64,000 nucleotides of DNA. Origin: Amoebophrya sp. A120. Its lineage: Eukaryota; Protista; Dinoflagellata. The DNA lies in assembly GCA_905178155.1 (NCBI GenBank), contig CAJINV010000005.1, positions 5,731,754 to 5,795,753 of the forward strand, in the 5' to 3' direction. Shown here piece after piece: positions 26,101 through 37,630 of the stretch (within the stretch, counting starts at the first letter, position 1; each line of letters opens with the position of its first letter). The notes below the pieces were generated by a model that saw only the letters and a list, made by a program, of their open reading frames with translations, did no database searches and had not been told where the DNA came from. Position numbers and translations under genes: made by a program.

Positions 26101-28942
26101 AGCTGCTGCAGACGGCGCCGTAACAACCACACCTGTCGAAGACGATTTGGAATTCCGCCCTCCGAAATCCAAAATCATCGTCCTTCCCTGCGGCCACAAA
26201 TTTCACGAAAAGTGCCTGCACAAGCACGCGGCGGCGCAACTGTGGAAAATGCGCGGGACCAGCCCGACGCGATATGGAAGCGTCAGGATTGAAATCGACA
26301 AAGTTGAAATAACTTGCAATGCATAAAATCGATACTAGTTACAAGCCGACTTTCTAAGCGGCGCATGACAAATTTGAGTAGATCCGAAATGCAGTTCGTA
26401 ATGCTGTTTGGGTAAGGAAGACGCCTTTTGTCATGCTACTTCAGCAGCTCTACTTCTACTCCCAAGCAGGCTTATAATCTGCCTCCCTTGCCTACTCTGC
26501 AAGACAGGCACTCTCTGTGTTGCATTTTATGCATGGCAAACTATTTCAAATTTGACGACTTCAATCCTGACACTTCCATACGCGAACACCGGCGATCATT
26601 CCCTACCGCTGTGCGCTCTGCCGCGACGAGGGGAATCAGTGGATCGGGTGGAAGCAAAGGTACCATATCAAATGCAAAAGTGTCTGGGTCTGGAAGAATG
26701 CGCGACTTGTCATGCAGCTTTTCCATGACCAGTGAGGTCTGGAATGCAGGACCTAGCATGGCAGATTCTGTGCGATCTCTCTCATTCCTATCCTGCATGA
26801 GAAACTCCCTCCCGACTTGGTCAAAACTGGACGACTTTTGGTAATCATGCAACACAGATTTTTGCATGCTTCAGATTTAGCATGACGAGTTGCGTTCTTC
26901 CAGACCCAGACACTTTTACATTTGATATACCACCAACAGAAACAACAGTACGCCACTGGTGCTCGTCCTGGTTGTGCGACTGCGACTCCAAATGTTGACA
27001 TGAGGTTTTTGCTACCAGAAAATCAGTTCCGGAGGCCGTCTCGGCGCGCGGGGGTGGCGCGAGATCCAAACAGGTACTCCTTTGGGCTGGGAACAATTTC
27101 TGGATCGGATACTGCTGGTGGACGACGAGGCTCATCTGGCGAGAATCGAGAAACTACTCAAGAACTTGAACTACATCAAACTGACCCCGATCTTGATCCT
27201 GTCTCTGACCTAGTAGATCAAGTCCCGGTAATTCGGCGAGCGACGCGGGCGCCGGGTCTGGTCAGGTATCGGTCCGCGACTTTGCCGCTGGTTGCGTCGC
27301 CTCGTGTGGACGAGAACGGAGCGGCTGTGAGTGAGGCAGGATCAGGAATTGCTCCTGGTGGAACTACTTCTGCATCTTCATCTTCAAATAGCGCGGCTAC
27401 TTCAAGTGGAACCACAGCTGTCGCTCAACAACAACCCACTGCCTCCACTACGGCTATAATTTCGCATGCAATTTCCGGCTCAGCGCCTGCTCAAGTAGAC
27501 AATCTCCGACCTAGAACCCCTTTCCGTTGGGACGCGGAGGACGAAGAGTTGGATGCTCTTGCGAGGATGATCCCAGACGACCACAGGAGCATCGTTGTCC
27601 GCCGCAACTACAGTACAGATCCAGCCGGCACCGCACCGGAGACAACTGTTTTGGGCCTTGCGCTAAATGCGCTCGCACAGCCACCGAACTTTCTCAATGC
27701 GTCGTTTGAGAGCAGTGGTCACGGTGGAAGTGTCGTGACTCCCGCCAATAGAAATAATATTGCGACCAGCGGTTTTTTGGCCAACCTCCACCGGTCTTTC
27801 GGTGCGGGTAGCAGCACAAACTCGCTCGGCACATCCACAAACGCCGGCACGCCGCACGACCGGGCGCCGGCGCATAGGCGGAACGTGCGGAGGAGCGGAT
27901 TGTTTTTGTCGAGAAGTATGAACAGTGTAGAGACCACCCCAGGTGTTGGCGGGGAAGCGGAAGGACAAGGTAGAAATAATACAACGAGTGGTAACCTCCA
28001 GCAGCTTCAAATTGCCGCCGGAGTCACCAGTAGTAGTACCAGCACCATTTTAGGGGTGCCGCGAACAAGAGCGCTCCACCTCCTGCAAGAGGACGATGCT
28101 GCGCCAAACGATGATACAGCGGGACGAATCGACGAGGTAGAGAGCAGAAATCTCCCGCTTGACCAAGTTCACGCGTTTCAGCACATGTCGTTCTTGCCGC
28201 GCAGCGATGAAATGGACCCGGAGGACGAATTATACATTGCAAAAGTATCTATCGTGCTCGACGTACTAGTAGAAATAGCATCACAAATTAGCTCACAGAG
28301 AAAAAATTGAATTTGAAACGAAGTTTGTGTATGCGGATTCACTCATAGAGATAGCAGATCTGTCATGCAAAACTGCAACTAGTACGAACGCCCAGATCTT
28401 CCTTTTGCACATGATACGAACATCAGGGAATAATCGACTTTGACTTCGTCCGAGGCAGATCTCCTCCTGCTGCTGCTTCAGGCACAGCCACGGGCGGAGG
28501 TGCCGACGCAGTACATCAAGAGCCTCTGAACACACGACGGAGCAGCGCGTCCTCTGAGGTGGCTCGTCCCGCTACAGCTATTCGGCAACCGCAACTGACA
28601 CAAAGCCACTCGAACAACTCCTCTTCCTGGTCCGGCGGGTTCTCGGCCCTCCGCCGCCGGGTTTCGGGAGAGTTGATTCACGCCGCGTTGGCCATGATAG
28701 GACTGAATCCACCAGGGAGCGTGCCGGCGGTAACGAGTCCAGTGAACAACGGAAGCAGGAGGAGAGAACAAGCGCTTCAGGAGGAGGCGCAGGTGGAGAG
28801 AGGAGGAAGAAGCATGCCCGAGGGGACAGCGACAGGAGCAGGAGCTGCTCCTGCTGCATCAACAGCCACATCAAGGACAGCAACCACTGGAAGAAATAGC
28901 CGAAACGCGTCGAGAAGTGGTTCAAATTTTGCGTATGAATGA
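23154..28942 (+). CDS. RING-H2-type protein (~1344 aa), 8 exons, 7 introners, N-terminal hydrophobic segment
   Basis: Removing 7 elements plus 5 nt each (1754 nt) gives a 4035-nt frame. Motifs CAICLD (23850), LPCGHKFHEKCL (26189) and YRCALCR (26610). Confidence 0.8.
23577..23838. mobile_element. introner, family 1 (262 nt), DR GGGAG/GCGAG
   Basis: Close relative of 10582-10852; the frame is restored as ERE-NVCAICLD. Confidence 0.9.
24370..24594. mobile_element. introner, family 5 (225 nt), DR TCGCA
   Basis: TATGAGAGTGCACAACTCCCCCTCCCCCTC...GAGGGGGAGGGGGAGTTGTGCACTGTTATA. Confidence 0.92.
24831..25037. mobile_element. degenerate introner (~207 nt), DR eroded
   Basis: TATGGATTGCAAATA...CTTTTGCCCAGAATA. 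Flanks ACATG/CTCCG do not match, but element+5 removal keeps the frame. Confidence 0.55.
25230..25498. mobile_element. introner, family 1 (269 nt), DR AGCTG
   Basis: Reverse-complement orientation relative to 23577 in the same gene; the frame is restored. Confidence 0.92.
26273..26580. mobile_element. introner, family 3 (308 nt), DR CGCGA
   Basis: Family-3 TIRs; it interrupts the RING motif and the frame is restored. Confidence 0.93.
26666..26927. mobile_element. introner, family 1 (262 nt), DR TACCA
   Basis: Family-1 TIRs; the frame is restored into ORF 26922. Confidence 0.93.
28231..28416. mobile_element. introner, family-2-like (186 nt), DR CGAAT/CGAAC
   Basis: TATACATTGCAAAAGTATC...CTTTTGCACATGATA; the frame is restored into ORF 28559. 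Confidence 0.85.
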
Positions 28943-29610
28943 CTCAGAGCAAGCTTTCATCTAGCTTTCATGCCTTCTACAAAATAAAGAGATTCGCAGC
29001 ACGACTTTCTTGTATGATTTTTCATCTCATTCGGAGCTCTTGATTTCTGCCCCAGAAGCTGTTGCGCGCGCAGCTTCAAAATGATACTTTGATGTCTGAC
29101 AAATGCAAAGGAGAACAACAGCAGCGTCGAGATTCTGCGACAATTTTCTGCGTCTGTGAAACGCAAAGCAACAGAAAAGTGCACTGGTGGCAATCTCAAT
29201 GTCAATTTCCGGAAGGAACGTCAGAAGCGTGGTGGCCACAACAAGCCTCCCCTTCGAAGTAGAATCAGGAAAGGACTCTTCTAAAATCCACGATCACTGC
29301 GAAGACAGTCTCACTCAGCGACAGAAGTGATGAATCGGAACTCACTTGTTTTATGCTCGAGAAAAATTACACTTGTGATAACTATACCACTTTCTGGGAA
29401 CAACACGAAACTGAGCCTTTTTAACTGAAACATAAAGAAGCGATTGCGAAGAAGAAGATTCGATCTTGTTTCTATTTTTCTCTCGGACTAGTTGCAATAA
29501 ACCCTAAACACGTTTATTGCTCAACTGCGACTATCGAGATTAACCACCTAAATCTACGTATAGAAGCGATCCTAAGTGTAAGTTCCAAGAAGCAGCGAAA
29601 CCTCGACAAA

Positions 29611-32116
29611 ATGGCTTCCTCCGCTGCAGTGCCCGCTAGTAGTGGAGGTCCTCCCTCTGCCAAGGTCCGGATTCGAAACTTCGCCGGTCATGAAGAAGTT
29701 TTAAGCGTGAATCCAGATTCCTGTACAACCATCGGCGACCTGGTGGAGGCTTTCTACGCACAGGACCTGGCTGCGAAGTTCTTGAAGGTTGGGCAATTGT
29801 ACCCGCCCAAGCACCGCCTGAAATGGCTGAAGTGGGAGGAAGAGGCATCTGAAGAGGAGAAGTCAGCCGAGGAAGGAGCTGAGAAAGACGACGCAGCAGG
29901 AGCAGGCGATGGGTTTTTGCCCACCAGCGCCAAGTTGGATTTCCGTGCGGGGACTGCGTATCAGTTCGTCATCGTGGCTGCGCGCGATTGGCAGGCGAAC
30001 CTGGAAAAGCTGAAAAGGCCACCGCGACAAGAACCGAAAGCCGATTATCAAGTGCAAACATGGTTGGGTCTGGAAAAGTGAAACCTGTAATGCTCGGCTT
30101 GCACGACTGGAAAACAAACGAAAGGAAAATCTGCAGCGCATGATTGACAAATAAAGCATGACCGCTTTCGTCGTGCAAATGCATCGCAGTTCGTGATGCA
30201 CGCTACGCATGAGAAGGCGTCTGAACAATTTATTGTCATGCTAGACTGCTAACATGACAGAGGATGCCCAGTCATGCCAACCCAGCATCACAAGTATCCA
30301 GACCTACACATGGTTGCTATGGATACGGATACCGCTTCCGCCGTCGCAACAGGCGACGAGGATGAAGATGACCCGAGTATCCTGAGTAGAAACGTTCGCA
30401 CCCCAGGTTGATTGTCATGCAAATCTGCATGCCTATGATCAGATATTTCTGATGCGCAGCCTCGACATGTACATGAGTAGCATTTTCTAGTGGTGTTGTG
30501 GACCTTGGTATGCTTGATAAATCAGGATCATCAGAAGCAACGGCAACCTCGATCAGTGTTGCTGCCCAACTACTAACTCGCTACACATGGCTACACTGCG
30601 TCGGGTCCAAACTACTCATGCGCAACAACCAAAACCTGTTGAGTTGTCTAGCAGATGACTTGCTCCCATGATCGTGACTCTGCTGATGTGGTGGGAACAA
30701 CGACGTTTTTACACATGATATTGAGTTGGATGACGGATTTCTATAACGGCTACTGGAAGCGGATCGATGACTTTTTCGGTTCCATGTCCCTCTCCGATGG
30801 AGAGGACTTCATTTACGATCGCGCCTATTTAATTCCGCCGTCCCCGGCCGATATGTGGACGAACCGGGCGGACTGGAAGCCCTGGCGTCGCGTAGTGGAG
30901 ACCCTCGCGGCAAACTTGCCGCATCGGCAGTATGTGCGTAATGACAAGTCCGGAGAAGGAGAACCAGGGAGAAACCCGGACTACTTGTCGCCGTACAGAA
31001 GGAGCTTATTTTGGCCGCTGGTCCGGGCCGTGCTCATGCTCCCCGTGCGAGAATGGAAAAAGCACGGAGAAAAGACGCAGTTTTTCGCTTTGCCCGAACG
31101 GGAACAGTACGCGCAGGCCGCCGTGGCCGCATTCCTATTCGACAGCAAGTTCTGCGGCAGTGCGCGTTGGGGCGACGCGGAAGATGCCGCTTTCGCAATC
31201 GCTCTGGATACAGCGGAAATGTCGGCTGGCGCTGCTGCGAAGGTTGTCGCGAAGCAGTTTGCATCCGGGCAAGAGATTTACACCTACGATCCGGATCGCT
31301 CGCTCCGGCAAAGATACGGCTGGGATAAGAAGCCGCCACTGGTGATGACGGACTTCCTGAAACAGATAAACCGCGGCAGGGCTACCAAACGTTGCTCGTC
31401 CTACAGACACCCGATGAGGTTGCTACTTCGCAATCTTTATCATCTGCAAAATTATCGCGCTTGTTCGTACTAATTCCAGTCATGCGTGACACAAATCCAA
31501 CTTTCCCCCTGAACTTTCTTGAGATGATTTGTTTTTATTGTGATGCGGTTCATATTAGTAGTGCGAGGATCAGGATACTTTTGCAATGCATAATCTTCAT
31601 ACCAGAGGGAAACTGGAACAGTTCCAGGCATCGTTGTGCAGATTGTGTGACCTTGCTGGCCTCAAGCTGGAGTGGATGTCGGAAACGGTGCCATACTTCA
31701 TGAAACACAACGACAAGTCCGCTTGGGAGACGTACAAGCAAGAAGAGAAGGAGCGCCACACGATGCACGGCATTGAGCATGACGCACACTTCATCGCCAC
31801 GAGCGTCGGGGGTATGGCGGTGGCAGCACTCGAGATGTGGTCGCTTCTGGTTTCCGAGATCAGGGAATGTTTCCCAACAGCGGAGCTCTCGTTCGACTTC
31901 ACTACCACGATGAAGGATCTGGAAGACCATGTCGCAGCAGCGAACGCCGACATTGTCAGCGTCATGGAGAATCTTGGAATCGCCAAGCAGATCGACGACG
32001 CTTTGGCGGCGGTGGATTTGTCATATACATGGGAGCGCAATTTCGCTCCAGGCCTGCGAAATACGTTCGTCGACAACAAGTTTTCCGATTCCGATTTACC
32101 TGCGGAAGTCAGATAA
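29611..32116 (+). CDS. hypothetical protein (~570 aa) with possible N-terminal ubiquitin-like domain; paralog 1, 3 introners
   Basis: After removing 30046, 30378 and 31438 (each +5 nt) the product is collinear with the intronless ORF 32810-34501. Confidence 0.88.
30046..30325. mobile_element. introner, diverged family 1 (280 nt), DR CCGAT/CGGAT
   Basis: TATCAAGTGCAAACATGGTTGGGTCTGG...CCAGACCTACACATGGTTGCTATGGATA; absent from the paralog. Confidence 0.88.
30378..30720. mobile_element. introner, family 6 (343 nt), DR CCGAG/TTGAG
   Basis: TATCCTGAGTAGAAACGT...ACGTTTTTACACATGATA; related to 44652 and absent from the paralog. Confidence 0.85.
31438..31592. mobile_element. introner, family-2-like (155 nt), DR ATCTT
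   Basis: The spliced RNLHTRGKL matches RDLHSRGKL in the paralog. Confidence 0.92.
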
Positions 32117-32567
32117 AGTGATGAAATGCGTGGCTGGCTATATGGAATATTGGAAATTGACCGTGCTTGTTGTTATTTCAGAAAGTGCACAAGAGCCTCG
32201 AAGAAGCTGCAGACTGTAGCTCGATGAACGGAGATGAAATTATTGCGTCGACGAGCATGAGTCTCATGATCCATTGTTTCACGGCACTGCTACAACCATA
32301 TGGATTTTCCTGTGGTTACGCCTTCTGTTGTCCGTTACCTGTGCCTGAAGATGAAGCCCAACCGTGTCCTGTTTTGTTCCACGACATTTACAAATGTTGA
32401 AGCACTAAGAAAGAATAACATGAACGCCACTCATCTTGATCTTGCCCCGCTTTATTCTCGATGATTATTGCGAAGATCATGGTGCTCAGCGACATCAGCA
32501 TGTATGTGTCTCTACTAAATCTACTTTATTTAAATTCTTTGTCTTTCCTGAACTCATGAAATGAAAA

Positions 32568-32627
32568 CTAACAAAGGAAAAGCACCAAGTAGTTGCACTA
32601 ACAAAGGAAAAGCACCAATTAGTTGCA
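32568..32627. repeat. 30-nt tandem duplication
   Basis: CTAACAAAGGAAAAGCACCAAKTAGTTGCA occurs twice. Confidence 0.8.
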
Positions 32628-32809
32628 GTTCGGCCGATCCAATGAAAGACAGATAAACCGACTCGAGCTGATGGTCGTATTCTGTCGGCACATTAAGGCT
32701 GTCTAGACTCAGATTGTAGCTGATTGAAGATCTTGCTCTCGATCCACATATAGATACTTACGTAACAAACGACACGAATTGCGGAGAAGAAGTGAAAGAA
32801 CGACACAAA

Positions 32810-34501
32810 ATGGCGTCCACCGCAACCATTTCTAGTTCCTGTGCCAAGGTCCGGATCCGAAATTTCGCGGGTCACGAAGAAATCCTCAATGTTAATTCGG
32901 AGGTCTGTACAACCATCGGCGACCTGGTGGAGAGTTTCTACGCCCAGGACCAGGTTCTTGCGAAATTCCTGAAAGTTGGGCAATTGTACCCGCCCAAACA
33001 CCGCCTGAAATGGCTGAAGTGGGAGGAAGAACAATCTGAAGACCACGAAACATCGTCCAAGTTATCTGAAGAAAACAGCAACAAAGACAATGCAGCAGCA
33101 GATGCAGCCGCGGGGTTTTTGCCCACCGACGCAGCGTTGGATTTCAGTGCGGGGACTGCGTATCAGTTCGTGATCGTGGCTGCGCGCGATTGGCACGCAG
33201 AATTGGAAAAGCTGAAGCTGAAAAAACCGGATTGGGCTCTCGACGCAACAGGTGACGACGATCATGACGATGAACTCCATGACCATTTTGAAACGAAACT
33301 TGAGGAAGCCGTTGAAAATTTTTTCGGTTCTATGTCCTTCTCTGACGCACAAGACTTTATCTACGATCGTGCCTATCTGATTCCGCCGGCGCCTCCGACG
33401 GGTGATGCCGGGGAGTGGCGGTGGACAGAGACGGAGCCGTGGCGCCTTGTCGTCGAGGAACTCGCACGACACTTACCACATCGGCAGTACATACCCGACG
33501 GGGGCACGCCCGCACGGTATTATAGAGCGACGGGTAGTGGAAAAGATCGCTTTCGCTTCTGGCGGCTGATCCAGACCGTGCTCATGCTCCCGGTAAGAGA
33601 ATGGAAAAAGCACAGCAAGGACACGCAGTTTTTCGCCTTGCCTGAACGGGAAGAATACGCACACGACGTGGCATGCGCACTCCTACTCCACAACACGTTT
33701 TCCGGGGCCGCTTGGGGAGCTGCAGAAGAATCCGCTTTCGCAATCGCTCTGGCAGCAGCGGAACTCTCGGCTGGCACTGCTGCAAAGCTGGTGGCCAAGG
33801 CATTTGCTCCTACGCAGCAAGAGCTGTACATGTACAGCCCCTCGCTCCAGCAGGGATGTCGATACGGAACGCGCATGCCGATTTTCCACAGGGAAATAAA
33901 TAATACGGACTCACCGCTTCGTTCCTGCTTGTTCAGAGCTCCGATGAGGTTGCTGCTCCGCGATCTACATTCCAGAGGTAAACTGGATCAGCTTCTGGCG
34001 TCCTTGAGCCGGTTGTGCGGTCTTGCTGGTCTCAAGCTGGAGTGGGTGTCGAACATTGTGCCTGAGAGTATGGGCCACTATAGCTACGAGCCCGGGAGAT
34101 ACAGCCACGACGAACTAGAGGTTGTGAGAACAGCTGTGATCAAGGAGATCAAGCGCGAAGTAGAATACATCGCCACATGTGTCGGGGGTCAGGGAGCAGC
34201 GGCGCTCGAGATGTGGTCGTTTCTGTTTTCGGAGATCCAGGAATGTTTTCCGACATCAGATTTAATCGACATCGAACTAACTACCATGATGAAGGAGTTG
34301 GAGGAGCATGTCGCGGCAGCGAACGCCGACATTGTGGATGTTTTGGAAGATCTCGGCATCGCGAAACACATCGAGGAAACAGTGGCACGGTCCGGCTCGG
34401 CGCTGACCTGGGAGCACGATTTCGTTCCACACCTCCGGGAAAAGTTTTCCAAAAAAATCAACTCAAAGGAAGAACAACTTCATGACAATTTTGAAGAATA
34501 A
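32810..34501 (+). CDS. hypothetical protein (563 aa), intronless paralog 2
   Basis: Long ORF sharing KVRIRNFAGHEE, LYPPKHRLKWLKWEEE, FFGSMS, VLMLPVREWKKH and ALEMWS blocks with paralog 1. Confidence 0.9.
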   Translation: MASTATISSSCAKVRIRNFAGHEEILNVNSEVCTTIGDLVESFYAQDQVLAKFLKVGQLYPPKHRLKWLKWEEEQSEDHETSSKLSEENSNKDNAAADAAAGFLPTDAALDFSAGTAYQFVIVAARDWHAELEKLKLKKPDWALDATGDDDHDDELHDHFETKLEEAVENFFGSMSFSDAQDFIYDRAYLIPPAPPTGDAGEWRWTETEPWRLVVEELARHLPHRQYIPDGGTPARYYRATGSGKDRFRFWRLIQTVLMLPVREWKKHSKDTQFFALPEREEYAHDVACALLLHNTFSGAAWGAAEESAFAIALAAAELSAGTAAKLVAKAFAPTQQELYMYSPSLQQGCRYGTRMPIFHREINNTDSPLRSCLFRAPMRLLLRDLHSRGKLDQLLASLSRLCGLAGLKLEWVSNIVPESMGHYSYEPGRYSHDELEVVRTAVIKEIKREVEYIATCVGGQGAAALEMWSFLFSEIQECFPTSDLIDIELTTMMKELEEHVAAANADIVDVLEDLGIAKHIEETVARSGSALTWEHDFVPHLREKFSKKINSKEEQLHDNFEE

Positions 34502-34559
34502 AGATCAGACACCACGAATACATTATTTGCTGTTGACTACATCCATTGACTTCGATGCC

Positions 34560-35640
34560 TTTGCAACGCCCTTAACCTCGGTATTTACCTGCTGCATTCC
34601 ATCCTAATTTCTAAAACACCTTCATCGGGTTTCCACGACATCAATCCCGGAATGATATTTTCTTCGAGGACAATACTTTTCTCTTTTTTCTGAGTTATCT
34701 CATCTTACTTCGATTCATGATCTGAAACGAAATCGAATAGGAAATGATAATCAATTCCAATGTCTGGATGGAAAAAACAATATTGAATCTGAATCAAATC
34801 CAATCAAAATCTTTTCGAATGAAGATAGATAATCTCGGATCTGATGTGATTTATGAGATGATCGACAATTTGTGAAAAAAAGAAAATCAGAAAAAAAATA
34901 TAAATCTCCGAGGATATTTTTAGAAAAAAATCATAAATTTCCGAGGAAATATATCTATCCATCAGATTCAAAAAATGTTCTTTTCGAATAGATTTTCCTT
35001 TCTCGATAATATTTTTTGTTTAAAAAAAAGAAGTATGATCGATGGATCTATTTTTTCTTCAAAAATTGTTGTTATTGTATTTGATATATCGAATTGAAGA
35101 AAGATGATTGGTTGACCACGAACAGATAAATAATTAGATTTTGATCTTCTCATTGTTATTTCTCATAAATAGATGTTTATTAAGCTTTTCAATTTGAGTT
35201 GGTTCTGACAGGGAAGATCATGAGAGCGAAAAAAATGAGATAAACGATCGATCGGATTTATGATGAAGAAGATGATGATCGGAATTCATTCATATCTATC
35301 ATATTCTTCTCAGATCCATGGAGAGATTATGTGGGTATGATCCCATGATACAATCATTAATAAATTATCAAATTTCTTCAATGAACAACATCTACAGAAA
35401 AAAATTGTCACTCCAAATATTTCGAAGATTGGAAAGAAATATCACCATTTAGAATTTTCATTCATGGATCGGATGTGGCAAGAAAAAAATTTTTTAGGAC
35501 ATTGAGACTTTCATACGAAAAAAAAAAATCGATTCCAAGGATAATTTTTCTAGGATATCATTAGACATCGTAACTCGATATCCGAAGAGGTAGAATGAAA
35601 GAGATACAGATGAAATTGAATATTTGACATCACACCCAGG
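34560..35640. other. AT-rich, GATC/TCGA-rich island at a convergent strand-switch
   Basis: Clearly lower GC than the flanks, no credible ORF, and located between the + and - gene blocks. Confidence 0.6.
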
Positions 35641-36084
35641 CACACACACATGAAGAAAGAAATCGAATGTGGCTCAATTGTTTGATTTGAAAAAACCTCC
35701 GTCATCTGGTGGTGGTTCTTGCCGTCGGTGGAACAGAGGATGGATCAAGATCGCACTCGTCATCATCACAACCATACATAGACAAATCCATCGTGGTGTC
35801 CTCGACCAACAAGGAGAAGGACAAGATCGTGGCTGTTTGTTTTCACTTGGAATTAGTATCCATATTGACGCCAAAAGTTCAAAAATCTCAATCACAAATC
35901 AACGATTTCTATTTCTCTCGAGGGAGATGTCACGGGGTTGAATGGATCCAATTCAAACAAGTTGATCTTATCGATGATGTCACTATTGACCAAAAAAGGT
36001 TATCTTCATCAGCATTCAATGTTCCTCCGCATCTTCCCGTTCCCCCGGTCGTCCGACTTGCAAAACAGCAACCAGTGCATGCCC

Positions 36085-36215
36085 TATCCAGGAGAAAACA
36101 CCCATCCATTTTTTGCATGTTGACAAACAGTGCTTTTGATGCGTGAGCATGTGATGATTGTCACGCATCATGCGTGACAATTTAGATGGAGATGGGTGTT
36201 TTATTTTCCTGGATA
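36085..36215. mobile_element. introner, family 7 (131 nt), DR TGCCC/CGTCC
   Basis: TATCCAGGAGAAAACACCCATC...GATGGGTGTTTTATTTTCCTGGATA; related to 53630. It lies in a poorly resolved minus-strand coding region. Confidence 0.8.
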
Positions 36216-37024
36216 CGTCCGCTGCGTTGGCGACAAAGTGGTCTTTCAGAATCAGTTCCACCGAGCACTGCAGCGGGAGATCCCCGCCCAACAGGTGGAT
36301 GCCTTGTTCGTGCAAGGATTTACAATATTCCTGCTTTCCCGCGACCGTTTCTAAAGCGGCGACCGAGGTTTGCTTGCACCAGTCCATGCTGCCGCTGGTG
36401 GCGAAGTCGGCGAACCTGGTTGATGTGGTTATTCTCTACTTATGTCCTGGGAATTTGTGTAGTTCGATGATGGACAGGCAAGAAGTTCTTCATTTGTGTC
36501 GCATAATCAAAAAAGAACATCATCGTGATCAAAAAGACGAAGAAATACTTGTCCATCCGGTTGTAGTGGGACCCGGGCTCCGTGAAAAAGCAATTTTTTA
36601 TGGAATGAAAAAAATCTGGTAGTTGTCCTGTTGCCCGAAGTGTTTTGATCATCAACATTTTTCCCATTCTTTACAACTACAAGTGAAGATTCTCGATCAT
36701 GTCTCGTCCATCTACAACTATTGCATGACAGATTACCAGCCATGCCCCGGCTGACGCCGGGGCGAGCGGCTGTTGTGGTGAGGCAGGACGATTTGCGGAT
36801 CGGGCCACAGCGCCAGAGCTTTGCGCACGGCGCGGTAGGTCGAAGGAAATACTGGCGCCGGTTTGCGCCATCTCAACCCGCTGGGCCTCCTGCGCGCTTC
36901 CCGCGCCTTCAGGCGCTATGCGCAGGGAGCAGCTGCAGCGACGCTTGGGGGCGAAGCGAAGCCGCCTCGGCGTAGGTGCCTGCCGAGGCAGAACGGGGGC
37001 CGCGATGCCCTTTTGTGATCACGC

Positions 37025-37580
37025 GCGAGAGGGTGGCCTGGGAGGGTGGCGCGAGAGGGTGGCGCGAGAGGGTGGCGCGAGGGGGTGCGCGAGAGGGTGC
37101 GCGGGACGGTAGCGCGAGGGGGTGGCGCGTTAGGGTGCGAACCTACGCGACAAAAAAGGCCCAAAAAATCGACCCCTTGCCGGGCGGATTCGAGTTTTTT
37201 TAACCCTCTCGCAGACCCTCTTTTTCACCTCTGCCGAGAGGTGTTGCTAATAGTCCGGCTATACTCGCCGGTAGAGGTCTACAAAGGTGGCCGAGAGGTG
37301 GCCCAGAGGGTGCGCGAGAGGTTCGCCCTTATTCGCGCAACCTCTCGACACCCCTGTCCCCCTCTCGCTTACCCTCTCGGGGCCCTCTCGGCCACCTCCG
37401 GGCCCCATAGGCGCGGCTTTAGGGCGACCGGTTCGGCTGGCTATACTCGCGCCACCTCTCGGCCACCCTCCCGAATGACCTCCCGCGCCACCTCTCCACC
37501 TCTGTGGACCTCTTTTTGACCTCTCTTCACCTCTTTTTGACCTCTCGGCCACCTCTCTTCTATCCTCTGTAGACCTCTTT
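37025..37580. repeat. GC-rich degenerate repeat (GAGAGGGTGGCGC / ACCTCTC arrays in both orientations)
   Basis: Tandem copies at 37025-37135 and mixed or complementary copies at 37200-37580. Confidence 0.65.
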
Positions 37581-37630
37581 TTTCGCATGAATATAATAGA
37601 TAGTAATAGGATTTTGCAATTTATGAACTT

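Noticed and set aside
34560-35640. Mitochondrial or plastid gene or rRNA fragment
   Set aside because: I could not recognise cox1, cox3, cob or rRNA motifs; kept only as a compositional island.
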